From the NCBI GenBank assembly GCA_951406725.2, contig OX597834.1, positions 39,308,001-39,372,000 on the forward strand: DNA of 64,000 bases. Direction: 5' to 3'. Origin of the DNA: Octopus vulgaris. Its lineage: Eukaryota. Below the pieces are notes generated by a model. That model did no database searches and was not told the DNA's origin. It saw nothing but the letters and a program-made list of their open reading frames with translations. Below, one piece after another: positions 14,587-27,849 of the stretch. Position numbers and translations under genes: made by a program. Within the stretch, counting starts at the first letter, position 1. The number at the start of each line of letters is the position of its first letter.

Positions 14587-14883
14587 TACTTACTTGTACT
14601 TACGGCGGCATTCACCCGGGGTGGACTGAGCCGGTTCTGACCAACGCGTTCACCATGTCCCTCACGGTCGGCCGCAGACGAGTTTGTAATGAGTACCCAC
14701 TCCCGGTTTCACGGCCGAAGACCATAGACGCGCGGCCCCGATTGTTGCTTCCACATCCGCCATTACCGTCACCAGCCACGGCTTCAGTCGACTTCCAGCT
14801 CATTTGAGCCAGCCTAGGAGTGGAGTCGGGTGGGCCGAATCCCCCAGCTTCACCCCGAAGGCTGTCGGTGAGTATAGCTAAAC
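14587..14883 (-). mobile_element. 5'-truncated RTE-clade LINE 3' end with 12-bp target-site duplication
   Basis: TSD gtgcacagagta at 14575-14586 and 14884-14895. Frameshifted peptides PTPLLGWLK*AGSRLKPWLVTVMADVE / SGPRVYGLRP*NREWVL...ADR / VRDMVNALVRTGSVHPG*. Tail gtaagtacaagtaagta. Confidence 0.8.
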
Positions 14884-15218
14884 GTGCACAGAGTACGTAC
14901 GATGTTAGTTGTGACACGTACCTTAGTGTCCAATGGCGATTTCATAGAGTTGTGTTGTGTGGGTTGGTGTCAAATTATTTACGTTACAACAATGTAGGGT
15001 ATATGCCCTGCTTTTATTTTACTTTCAATTGGGTGGAGATTCAATGCAATATATGTTAAGGAGCTGAGAGTATACCATTTCGCTCTTGAATTGAAAATGT
15101 CCTGTGTAAGATATAGGATGTACCTAGTAAAGCAACGGACTTGTGTACAGCGTCGTGGTAGACCTTATTATGACTTGTATGTTTGTGGTTGTATTATTTT
15201 ATAACACTGAATACCCAA

Positions 15219-16072
<854 letters not shown>

Positions 16073-16094
16073 CATAATCATCATCATTATTACT

Positions 16095-16135
<41 letters not shown>

Positions 16136-16136
16136 T

Positions 16137-16400
16137 GCCTTTGCACAGCTTCTAACACCAGAGATGTGCTACGGTGTCAGCTGTTCACATCCAGTGAACT
16201 AAGGTAACACTTAGCGACTAACGGTTTGACCAAAGTTGTTTGGTTCCATTCGCGACAAGTTTCTTGCCGGTGGCTGCAGAGTGGCAGCAATATTATCGAT
16301 AATAGCCGAAATTGCACATGACCCACAGGTCAATAACTGAACAGAAGTTGGTGACCTTCTGTGCTTCCTGTTCATCTTTGTATTTAGTATAAGTTCGAAT
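16137..16400 (-). mobile_element. Probable 3' end of a second non-LTR element abutting a TAA/TGA tract
   Basis: Unique-looking segment ending ...gaagctgtgcaaaggc at a trinucleotide tail; no clean peptide match seen. Confidence 0.35.
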
Positions 16401-16652
16401 GTTTCTTTACTACCCATTTAAAAAAATTTATATATATATATATATATATATCTGATGCATGTATTTAAGTATGCTTTTATATATATATATACATATGTAT
16501 GTATATAAGCATGTACGCATGTATGTATGCCTCGATGGATGGATATATATATATATTTGCATAAACACCTGTACATGTATACAAATATGCATGCATATTA
16601 ATGTATATTTTCCCTCAGGCGGTTGCTTAACCTGTAACTCATACAGACATAA

Positions 16653-16704
<52 letters not shown>

Positions 16705-16734
16705 GTATACGTGTGTGTGTCTATTTATATATGT

Positions 16735-16781
<47 letters not shown>

Positions 16782-17054
16782 AAGAAAGAAAGAGATAGAC
16801 ACACACATGTATGAATATGGAATGGGAAAGATGAGATAAGAAAAAAGGGAAGAAAGGAAGAAGGAGAATAATGATGAAAGATGTATAGTCAGAGATCAGA
16901 TAGACGTACATGAACCTGGGCAGAACAACCTTAATTTATTTGAGATATTTAATCACCGGTAGTGCTCAAGAACGCTACAGGTAGTCGGTGCTATCATCGA
17001 TATTTTATATCCATAAGAATTAAACAAGCGGGAAGAACTTAAACATGTGTGTGC

Positions 17055-17131
<77 letters not shown>

Positions 17132-17436
17132 CATATATACACTCACTCACACACACACACAGACATATATATATATATATATATATCTTCATATCTACAT
17201 ACGTACATGCATACGTGTGTATATGTCTGTGTGTCTTTGCGTGCGTTTAGGAATATGGTTGGATGTTTCGTATGAGCCAAGATATTATAATATAATATGA
17301 GAATAGTTTCAACAAAGAGCATGAAGCGATAAGAAATATCCACATTCCTCCAATAATATGTATATTAAATGTAAAAACAGCGCTTGGAATGGAAATGAAG
17401 GCCACCAGACAATACAAGGAATTGAAATTAGATACA

Positions 17437-17572
<136 letters not shown>

Positions 17573-17627
17573 ATGTATATGCATATATATATGTATATAT
17601 ATGCATATATATATATGTATATATATA

Positions 17628-17662
<35 letters not shown>

Positions 17663-17769
17663 TATATTATATTATATATAATATATATGTATATATATAT
17701 GTGTATATATACATATATATATAAAATATATATTATATTATATATAATTTATATCTATATATATGTATT

Positions 17770-17832
<63 letters not shown>

Positions 17833-18390
17833 ATATAATATATTATATATATGCATATGGTTAGTGTGTATGAAAGCACAGGTGTGTTTTTGATATCATA
17901 CTAGAGCAGGTAGATATGTCAGGCGTTTGAAGATTGATTACTTGGCAAAAACATTACAACGCTTACAAGACTATCGCTGTTGCAGGATCTAATCACTCGA
18001 CTGACATGCAGAAAAACAATTATTATTTTACGTGTTTCAGTTAATATCAAAATTTATAAACTTTTGTTTATGAATATTGGCTGCATATTTTCGGTGGGTG
18101 CGTATATTTCTATGCATGCACTCGCATATACACACCCAAAATTATATCTTTGTATACATATATAAATATATATGTATATGCATGTGTATGACCATGTGCA
18201 TGTATACAGATATGTATATATGCATGTATACATACATTCATACATACATAATACATACATACATATACATATACATTTATATATATATATGTATATATAT
18301 ATATATGTATATATATATATACATATATATATATTATATGTATTATATATTTATGTATGTATATATATAAACACATATATATATGTGTGT

Positions 18391-18438
18391 GTGATAAGTG
18401 CCAATGCAAAAAAACTCTCGGCCCTCGAGTCACTCTCT
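18391..18438 (+). ncRNA. Degenerate hammerhead-like motif, same family as 52905
   Basis: TGATAA GTGC caat GCA aaaaaa CTCTCGGCCCTCGAG TC actctc. Confidence 0.4.
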
Positions 18439-18471
18439 TACTTCTGCTAAATATTAATAAAATGTATACAT

Positions 18472-18605
18472 AGGTGCAGGCGTGGCTGTGTGGTACGGGT
18501 TCACTCCCACTGCGGGGCACCTTGCGCAAGTTTTCTACTATGACCTCGGGCCGACCAAAGCCTTGTGAGTGGATTTGGTAGACGGTAACTGGAAGAAGTC
18601 CGTCA

Positions 18606-18688
<83 letters not shown>

Positions 18689-18890
18689 ATATATATATAT
18701 ATATGTTTATATATTGACAACCGATGCCAGTTTGTTTATGTTCACGTAACCTAGCGGTTTGGCATAAAAGGCGGATACAATAAGTTCTAGGCTTACAAAG
18801 AATAACTCCTGAGGTCGATTTATTCGACTACCACTCGTTAAGGTGGTGCTCCAGCATGGCCACAGTCAAATGACTGACACAGGTAAAAAA
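18472..18890 (+). mobile_element. SINE family B with internal (TA)n and a deletion in the tRNA head
   Basis: ggtgcaggcgtggctgtgtggta...gggttcactcccactgcggggcacctt...; tail ggtggtgctccagcatggccacagtcaaatgactgac. Confidence 0.9.
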
Positions 18891-19352
18891 ATATACCCAT
18901 ATTTTGAGTTTTATTTATCATACATATATGATAAAACGCATATCGGTGTTCTAAACTATTTTTTACATATAGACCCCTTTCGTTTCTCTTTTACTCAAGC
19001 GGACCCTCACAGCCATTTGATGTTTAAAAAATCCTATTATATTGTTATGATTAAATATTATTAGGAGTTGCATAAAAATTGTTAAAATATTTAGGGGACG
19101 TCTAAATATTTTATTGCACGTAAACTTTACAGGTTTGAAGCATAATTTTTTGATGGCCCCCGAAACATTACCTTTGTATGGAACAAACAAACACACACAT
19201 ATACACACATACATACATACATACATACATACATACATACATACATACATACATGCATACATGCATACATACATACATACATACATACATATACATACAC
19301 TCATTCATACACACATACATGCACATATATATACATATATATATATATATAC

Positions 19353-19398
<46 letters not shown>

Positions 19399-19403
<5 letters not shown>

Positions 19404-19438
19404 GGGTTAATTGCAACAAGTTGCAATTAACCCTTAAT
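19399..19438. repeat. Perfect 19-bp inverted repeat with 2-nt loop
   Basis: attaagggttaattgcaac aa gttgcaattaacccttaat. Confidence 0.9.
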
Positions 19439-19551
19439 TATAATTATTATAACCCTTACCAAATATGGTCTTTTCCATACCGATAAATCTACTAGGTGAA
19501 ATTTATTAATTTTATTAAATTAATTATATTCCACCCCTATTTGCATATTGA

Positions 19552-19594
<43 letters not shown>

Positions 19595-19844
19595 TATGCA
19601 TATATATATACACACATATATCGATATTAAATCTCTTAAGTGGCAATTATACTATACATACACACACACACACACACATACGTATATATAATAAATAATA
19701 ATTTGGACGAATAATTATAATTCGATAAGTGCATTTAAATGTTGAGTAGAGCCCCGGCACAGTTTATGCTCCCTGTTGTCATCCGTAGTTGTGGTAGACT
19801 TCAGTTGGATTTACTTCAGAAACTCCGCAGTGGCAGTTAGGATA

Positions 19845-20160
19845 ATATTGTTAATTAATATTCGGAGATGGATTTCGTATTAAACTTTTATTCGGTACAA
19901 CATATGTTTCGACCCATCAGACTGGGTCTCTTCAGGTAAATCGACAAAGAAGTTTAACTAGAGATTTTTAGCGCCAGCTGGCTTGTTGTTATACGCCCAA
20001 CAATTTGATGGGCATATAACAAGAGCCGACACTAAAAATCTTTTGTGAGATTTCTTTATCAATGTACCTGAAGAGACCCAAACTGATGGGTTGAAACATA
20101 TGTTGTACCTAATAAAAGTCTAATACGAAATCGATCTCCTACTATCAATTAATACTATAT
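19845..20160. mobile_element. Foldback element (about 150-bp arms) with a hammerhead motif in each arm
   Basis: Plus 20064-20108: gtac CTGAAGA GACCCA aactga TGGGTT GAAA CATATG TT gtac. Minus 19895-19939: ttac CTGAAGA GACCCA gtctga TGGGTC GAAA CATATG TT gtac. Confidence 0.85.
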
Positions 20161-20181
20161 GTATGTATATATATATATATA

Positions 20182-21270
20182 TATTATATTAAATTAGAGA
20201 TAAAACCACTATTAGTCAAATCAAACAGTGAAAATCATAAGCCAATACATAGAAATAAAATTAATTAAAAAATATATAAAAAATATAAAATATAAAAATC
20301 CAATTAAAATATTCAAATTAAAGATCTAATTTATTAGGTCTTTATTATATGTGCATATATATTTATTTATAGAGATTATTTAGATCTTAATTATATATTT
20401 ATATACATTTATATATTTTCATTGATATTTTATATTTTAATAATATGAATAATCATTTTTTTGTAAAATATTTATGCAATTAGATATTGACTATTACTGA
20501 TATTAGATTATTGGTGGGTTTCTTACCTTAAAAATTAATACTTAAAAATTAAAATTAATATTTAACATTATAATCGTTGTTTTGACATAATCATAATCGT
20601 TAAGTTTCTAGTTTGATAATAGATTTTTTTATAAGAAAATTTATTATATTATTTATTTCTTAAAAAATATTGTTTAAATATTTTTGATTATTTATTAAAA
20701 TATTACAATTAACCTGAAGATTGACTGTAACCATAACTCGAATTATTAATTGAATTTAAATTATTGTTATTCGAATTGGTTACGGGCATGAAACGATCGT
20801 AGTGATTTTACTCTTTATCTTAAACTTTTAATACTTTTTGATAATTTATAAAAAATAAATAAATAAATAAATAAATATAAAAATATATAAAAATATAAAA
20901 ATATTTTTAAAAAATTAAAAAAAAAATATATATAAAAAAATTAAAACTAAATAAAATAATAATAAAAAAATATATATATTTATAATTTATAAGTTTAAAT
21001 TATTAATTTAAATAATTAAAAAAAATTTTAACTTTAATTTGAATATTTTAATTGGATTTTTATATTTTATATTTTGTATTTTTTATATATTTTTTAATTA
21101 ATTTTATTTCTATGTATTGGCTTATGATTTTAGCTGTTTGATTTGCCTAATAGTGGTTTTATCTCTAATTTAATATAATATATATTTATACTATAAAATT
21201 AGATTTAATCCTAAATCTAATTTTTGTAGTTTTCCTGTAATTATTATGGATTTACTCCCTAATATTATTA
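20182..21270 (+). mobile_element. AT-rich element with about 140-bp inverted arms and an internal hammerhead-like motif (20710-20805)
   Basis: Arms 20182-20323 and 21032-21180; CTGAAGA t tgactgtaacca...tggttacgggca t GAAA CGATCG TA gtg. Confidence 0.75.
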
Positions 21271-21286
21271 TATATTATTATTATTA

Positions 21287-21317
<31 letters not shown>

Positions 21318-21319
21318 AC

Positions 21320-21707
21320 TTATAAGTAAGGGCTAAAGAAAATTATTTCAAAGCCAATATGCTGATAACAGACTATTAAATCGTCAATTTCCACATATAA
21401 TCTACTCGCTACAGCAAAAATCGAAGAACTGAAGTCGGGCAAGCTGGCCGTTAGAATCAATTTTGAATCAATTTCGGAATTAATCTCATAAAAGACTTAT
21501 TCCTCTTCAGTAGAGCTTACGAGAGAATATAAATAAGATACTTACATGCGCCCATGGAAAAAGCCGAAGCAAAAAACACGAGTACATTTAAGTACCCCAG
21601 TTATATCTAAAAATAAAAATTCTTTGGTCAGCCTCAGTACAACGTGTTGACTGTTCGCCACAACAGGTTATAGTGGTTACCAGTCCCTATAGCGAGTAGT
21701 AATATGT
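21320..21707 (-). mobile_element. Element with short inverted repeats and an internal hammerhead-like core (21450-21515)
   Basis: ctactcgctacag (21402) / ctatagcgagtag (21687). Minus: cta CTGAAGA GGAAT...ATTCC GAAA ttgatt. Confidence 0.6.
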
Positions 21708-21711
21708 CTAC

Positions 21712-21862
21712 TACTAATATAGGATGAAGTTTTTTTCTCTATAGAAAAAAATTCCATCAAGAAATGTGGCAGCATTTTAACCGTAAAGGTATTTTAATAT
21801 GCTGCCACATTTCTTGATGGAATTTTTTTCTGTAGAAAAAAAAACTTCATCCTATATTAGTA
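21712..21862. repeat. Foldback with about 68-bp arms
   Basis: tactaatataggatgaagtt...gtggcagcat / atgctgccac...aacttcatcctatattagta. A single diverged copy lies at 29941-30030. Confidence 0.85.
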
Positions 21863-21874
21863 TATATATATATA

Positions 21875-22400
21875 TATACGATATAGTGTATATTTAAACA
21901 CATAGAGAATCCACTTATAGGGATTCTACGCGCTAGAAAGAACAGCTAAGTTCTATGGCCACAAAAAAACTCGGGATAAAATTCGACAGGAATAAATTTG
22001 GAAATGAAAATCATTTACCATCTAGTTTCTTGGACCAATTGGTTTCTAATCATCTTTTAGCGAGTCATGGAGAACTCACAAGGTTTGATTTTGCATGACT
22101 CGCTAAAAGATGATTAGAAACCAATTGGTCCAGGAAATTAGATGGTAAATGTTTTTCATTTCCAAATTTATTCCTGTCGAATTTTATCCCGATTTTTTTG
22201 TGGTTATAGAACTTAGCTGTTGTTTCTAGCGCGCAGAATCCCTATAAGTGGTTTCTCTATGTGTTTAAATATACACTATATCGTATAACTAATATATAGT
22301 CTTTTTGACTAAAACTTTTTTACGCGTTAGACCACTGGAAATGTAAATTTTAATTGAATGTTTTGAATTTTAATTAAGTTCCATTTCCCTTTGATATGAT
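21875..22400. mobile_element. Foldback element with about 195-bp near-perfect arms, 24-nt spacer and a hammerhead 3' half in each arm
   Basis: Arms 21875-22069 and 22094-22287; GAAA CCAATTGG TC on both strands. A related terminal fragment lies at 62140-62200. Confidence 0.85.
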
Positions 22401-22814
22401 TATATATATATATATATATATTTGTATGTGTAACGTAATAGTTTAGAAAATAACCATTGGTTTCATATCTAGTGTGAACTAGACATCTATTCAGTCTCTA
22501 TAAACGATAACTGCTCTCTGCAAAGAATGTTTTTTTAAAACACAAGAACGCCGGTGATAGTTAAAGAAATATTCCTCTGAAAATATTTTGGCTGGGCGAG
22601 TTGTCTTCCTTCGCTTGAAGTAAAAAAATTCCGAAAACGTGGACAACTCCTCACGGCTTCCCTCCTATATTTCAGGTATCCTCCTGGCTATTTAAGTTCA
22701 TAAGCATTATTTTTTTCTACTATACACAATTTACATAGTCTTGTTTCATTGCGATAGAGTCCACAAGCTTCTAGTAATTTCCACCTGATGCTAAAGGGCG
22801 TATGGTCACCCTTT

Positions 22815-23020
22815 AGGCGCATAGCGTGCAGTCCTGGTTTGGACGAATGCTACTACTATTTAGCCCCAGGAAACATCGTCTTCAGCTGGCCATACGATAT
22901 ACTATCTGTATCCTTATACTTTCGAACAAGTGAGTTTGGCATCCCCAATCAGCACGAAACAATATCTGTGTATCGCGATTTCTGGGTTATTTACTTTCAT
23001 CAGCACAAAATAGATCAGTG
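22815..23020 (-). mobile_element. Interspersed repeat carrying a hammerhead-like motif (22967-23007)
   Basis: Minus: tgtg CTGATGA aagtaaataaccca GAAA TCGCGA TA caca. Other copies at 60481-60665 and 28230-28320. Confidence 0.7.
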
Positions 23021-23039
23021 ACGATACACACACACAAAT

Positions 23040-23086
<47 letters not shown>

Positions 23087-23091
<5 letters not shown>

Positions 23092-23389
23092 ATCACGTGA
23101 CCGACCAGACCATCAGATGTTGTTACATATCGCTGGTCACAATGCGTTCGCATTGTTTTAGCCTTCGAATGACGCCACCCCGCTGGCTAAGCGAGCAGGC
23201 CAACAGAAGAAAGAGTGGGAGAAAGAGTGGTGAAAGAGTACAACAGGGATCACCACCCCCTGCCGGAGCCTCGTGGAGCTTTTAGGTGTTTTCGCTCAAT
23301 AAACACTCACAACGCCCGGTCTGGGAATCGAAACCGCGATCCTGCGACCGCGAGTCCGCTGCCCTAACCACTAGGCCATTGTGCCTCCA
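23087..23389 (-). mobile_element. tRNA-derived SINE family C
   Basis: Minus head ggaggcacaatggcctagtggttagggcagcggactcgcggtcgcaggatcgcggtttcgattcccagacc with A and B boxes. Partial copy at 38410-38595. Confidence 0.85.
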
Positions 23390-23968
23390 CATATATATAT
23401 ATATATACATACACACACAAATACACATTCCTGACAATTTTTACTGTCCAACGAAGAGCACGAGGAATTACCCAGCAGAAGAATTCACGGGGTAACTCAC
23501 AACTAAATATAATCAAACATGCTAGGTACTGATCGTTGTGGTTAGCCATTAACTGAGAGCTAATACGGTACCCACCCAGATAATATATACCCACCGGACT
23601 CACTTTTATACACACACACGCACATACAGCGCACCCGGATATGTCTAAGGTATCCTACCAACCGTTGATGTCTTCAATGTTATTTGTTTCATTTGAGTTC
23701 TAGGTTATCCTTCCTGGCCATTTCTCGCCTCCTACGGGAATACATATGTGCGCGCATGCGTGTATCTGTTTGTGTGTGTTCTGGAACGTTAGTTCTCGGA
23801 GCACATTATTATACAAGGCTATAAATAAAAGCATCTTAATATTGAGTCCCATTTGATTTTTTCTATATCCAAAAGGCAATTATCTATAGTTTTGTATTTT
23901 CTTCGAGATCCAGTGTTCCAAAAAATGAACTCATTCGTGTATTTTGCAATATTATACATTTATAGCTG

Positions 23969-24054
<86 letters not shown>

Positions 24055-24159
24055 CGTCTATCGATCTATCTACCTATCTATCTATAGATAGATAGGTAGA
24101 TAGATAGATAGATAGATAGAGATCGATAGATAGATAGATAGATAGATAGATAGACAGAC

Positions 24160-24271
<112 letters not shown>

Positions 24272-24614
24272 TAAAAGAAAGGCTGGAATAAATGGAACCA
24301 TTTTAGTTCCGATTACATGTGTTCATGAGGATATAGCTTGGATTACAATTCCTTTTATATAATATATTATTATATTATATCACACACACTCACACACACA
24401 CACACGAGTTATTTTAAACGTGTTGTTTTTAAAACACGACTGTTCTAATCTAATCTCATCTATCTCTTATCTTTTATCTGTCTCATCAGACTCTTATATT
24501 TCGTTTGGAGTCACAACATTCTTAACCATACCTTGATCAATGATTCCGACTTGTCTCAGCTCATCTCCAAGATCTGGAGCGGTTTTGGCTCCCCTCCCTC
24601 ACAGCATTTATTGT

Positions 24615-24760
24615 ATAAGACGGGCTTCTTTCAGTTTCTTTCTTGCTGATCCACTGACAAGGCTTTGGTCAGCCTGCGGCTATAGTAGAAGACACTTCCC
24701 CAAGGTTCCAAGCAATGGGATTGAACCCAAAACCATTTGAATTGGGAAGCAACTTTCTCT
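24615..24760 (-). mobile_element. SINE family B 5' half
   Basis: gacgggcttctttcagtttc...cccaagg...gggattgaaccc. Confidence 0.8.
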
Positions 24761-25384
24761 TTTACAGTCAAGTTTTAAATTACATTTGGTCATTCTTTCG
24801 ATTATTTCTTTGTTTGTTTGTTTTTTTAAATTTCATTTTAAAATTTTCCTTACGTGTTTAAACACTTGTGGTATGTAGTTAACAATGGTTTTGATCCTAT
24901 GGTTTTCGAAATATATATCAGTATGGTTTGATGTGCCGCATTTTGTCTTTCGTTTTATGAGATCCTTGATTATACGTTCGTCTGCACTCCATGCATTTAA
25001 CACACACAATACACTTCGTGTTAATTATGTATATTTTTAGTAGCAACGTTATCTTACGTATTTATTGCATTGTATTTCTATCTATATTCATCTGTAACTG
25101 AGGCGTCCAGAATGTTCGAATATCCGTTGTTAATTAGTCTTGGCCTTTTCATATAATTTTCATTATCTAGCATTTATTTTTGGAAGAGAATTTAAATGCT
25201 CTCCAAAATAGTGATTTTACGACTGACATTTTAGAGTTATGTAAGGCATTTGCTATCTCCATGTTGGCATCGACCTCAAAAGACATTTGTCTGTGTCTCT
25301 TCTGTAAACTGAAGTAATCTGCCGTTTTTAATCTGGATGCTTATATTTGCAATTGGAATCGTGTTAGCATTGTTTAGAATGTTA

Positions 25385-25428
<44 letters not shown>

Positions 25429-25659
25429 ATGTCTGTCTATATATATGTATGTATGTATGTATGTATGCATGTATGTATGTATGTATTTGTGTATGTGTGT
25501 ATGTATGTATGTATGTATGTATGTATGTATGTATGTATATATGCATGTATGTCTGTATGTATGTTTGTGTGTGTGTGTATCCATTCTTGTCAATATATTT
25601 TATGACATCAAGAGATATATAACGACGAGCGTATGACAATATGTACTTTCATATGCGTG

Positions 25660-25689
<30 letters not shown>

Positions 25690-25692
<3 letters not shown>

Positions 25693-26048
25693 TAACAATT
25701 GGGGATAAAATCTTTAAAAGAAATTATCAGTAGTTAGCGTGAAAAACCTCGTAAGAGAAAAAATCCGTAAATTTTTCCACTTTGAAAATATTTATTTATA
25801 TTATATTGAGGGTACTACTATTCGTAGATACCAACACGCTAAGAAAAATATATCTTGAGTTTGTTGCACTAATGAACATAGAATGCATATTCTGCATTAA
25901 TTGCGAAATCACAGGTGATATGTAACTAAATTCTTTTTAAATGATTTGCTTTGAAGTTTTGCATTCGGTAAAATTTTGTTTATTTTAGTAGTTTTGACCG
26001 CATTGGTCCCTCTTTAGCGTGTGGTATCTACGAATAGTAGTACCCTCA

Positions 26049-26058
<10 letters not shown>
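25690..26058 (+). mobile_element. Element with about 45-bp inverted repeats enclosing a hammerhead-like motif (25863-25926)
   Basis: Arms 25797-25842 and 26014-26058; gttgca CTAATGA ...gaatgc..gcatt..tgc GAAA TCAC ag GTGA TA tgtaac. Confidence 0.7.
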
Positions 26059-26109
<51 letters not shown>

Positions 26110-26115
<6 letters not shown>

Positions 26116-26336
26116 TTATTTCTTTACTACCCACAAGGGGCTAAACACAGAGGGGACAAACAAGGACAGACAAAGGGATTAAGTCGATTACATCGACCCC
26201 AGTGCGTAACTGGTACTTAATTTATCGACCCCGAAAGGATGAAAGGCAAAGTCGACCTCGACGGAATTTGAACTCGGAACGCAACGACAGACGAAATACA
26301 GCTACGAATTTCGCCCGGCGTGCTAACGTTTCTACC
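26110..26336 (-). mobile_element. SINE family A
   Basis: Reverse complement of the 47344 copy. Confidence 0.9.
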
Positions 26337-26559
26337 ATATATATTCTTTTACGCTTGATTGCGGTCATACTGGAACACTGCCTTTTCGTCGAATATAATA
26401 TGCGTGAATACACGCAGTATCCCTTGTAATATGTATACACATATTGAATGATTATATAGTCAAGGTCTATTGAATTACATATCATCTTCAAAATTTAATA
26501 GAATCAACAAACAGTTTAATTTTGTTATGAAAGCGTGCTTTGAAATTAATGCCTGTTCT

Positions 26560-26960
26560 GGTACAGGCTCTGCTGACAACATGTGGTTCGTTTTTGCTTT
26601 TTTCTTTTGCTCATTGTCGGCCAAAGTCTGCCCTCAATTCTTCGAATGTTTCTTACGGAGCATGGAGTATTCTTGGAATGAAACTTTTCCAATGATAGGG
26701 CTTCAATATTCGATGGACATTTGACTTTGAAATTTCAATCTCATCCCTCACTTACCGCACAGATTCTCGTCAACAATGACAATATGTCGCTCGTACTTTT
26801 CTTACTCTATGGGACACGTCCATGTCCGCGGTCTTCCAAAACGTTTCTTGAGGACTTTCAGAAACGTTGCATTTGCTTCGAATTTATCTTTAATTCCAAG
26901 TCACGGAAACAAATCTGTTCGAAACGCGCTCCTAAAACTCTCTTTGCATTTCGACTGCAT
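26560..26960 (+). pseudogene. Possible very old RTE LINE ORF remnant
   Basis: QIL...LLYGTRPCPRSSKTFLEDFQKR resembles the RTE C-terminal G.RPRGRP.K.F.D motif; weak match. Confidence 0.3.
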
Positions 26961-27116
26961 TTTCAAATCCCTAGTAGCAATTCGGGATAAACTTCCTTTT
27001 CTTAGAAGCTTAGTCTGGCTCCCTTCATTATTTTTCTATGTCCCTAAATCAAAAGTGAAGTGAAAATTGAGTTTTCAGTTGTTAGAGCATGCACTTTTTT
27101 AGTGATGGACACAATA

Positions 27117-27163
<47 letters not shown>

Positions 27164-27227
27164 ATTAAAATTGAAAGAAAAAATTTAGATTCTTGACAAA
27201 TTCATGTTTATGCTAGCATGTGTATGC

Positions 27228-27378
27228 CAGTTTCCGTCTACCAAATCCACTCACAAGATTTTAGTCGGCCTGAGGCTATAAAAGAAGGCACTTGCCCAAG
27301 GTGCCACGCAGTGGCACTGAACCCGGAACCATGTGGTACGTAAGCAAGCTACTTACCACACAACCACTCCTACGCCTA
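27228..27378 (-). mobile_element. SINE family B 5' half
   Basis: cagtttccgtctaccaaatccactcac...gaacccggaaccatgtgg...ccactcctacgcc. Confidence 0.9.
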
Positions 27379-27849
27379 TATATTTATATATATATCATTA
27401 GAAACATTATTACTTCTGAATCTCTCGGTTAAATGTTCTGATTTTTTCTTATGCTTTCCTCTGTCATACACGTAGCATCACTTGATAGATCAATGAGGTA
27501 ACGGATCAATGAATTGGCGGATGCTACTCTGATTTGCTCATAACATTTTACGGTTGAATGACTTCGTAGGTCAGAAGGGAGATAAAAAGAAATACACGAA
27601 GCGACATTTGAAAAAAAAAAATCTGAAGGTAAACATTGGTGACATTTCGTAATGTACAAACGAGGACCTTTAAATGCCAAAGTGTTGCTCTATCGATTTC
27701 TGATGAGAGAGTCTGAGGAAGAGGGTCTTGGAAGTTGTTCTAATTACACCCATTCGTTTTGCTTCCTCTTCTTTTGTAGACACGAAAGCACAGAACAAAT
27801 TGCTCGAGAATCGCCCTCTTACACATACACACACACACACATATAATTC

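Noticed and set aside
14612-14917. 101-aa ORF as a host exon
   Set aside because: The TSD and frameshifted RTE peptides explain it as a LINE fragment.
21712-21862. Hammerhead within this foldback or its 29941 copy
   Set aside because: A CTGATGG/TTGATGG word and a hairpin are present, but no GAAA plus helix III follows.
23300-23389. tRNA gene
   Set aside because: It is the tRNA-derived head of SINE family C and continues into the SINE body.
27696-27745. CTGATGA plus stem plus GGAA candidate (similar weak cases near 390-470, 29694-29723 and 40029-40085)
   Set aside because: Two or more core or helix defects each, which is within chance for AT-rich DNA.
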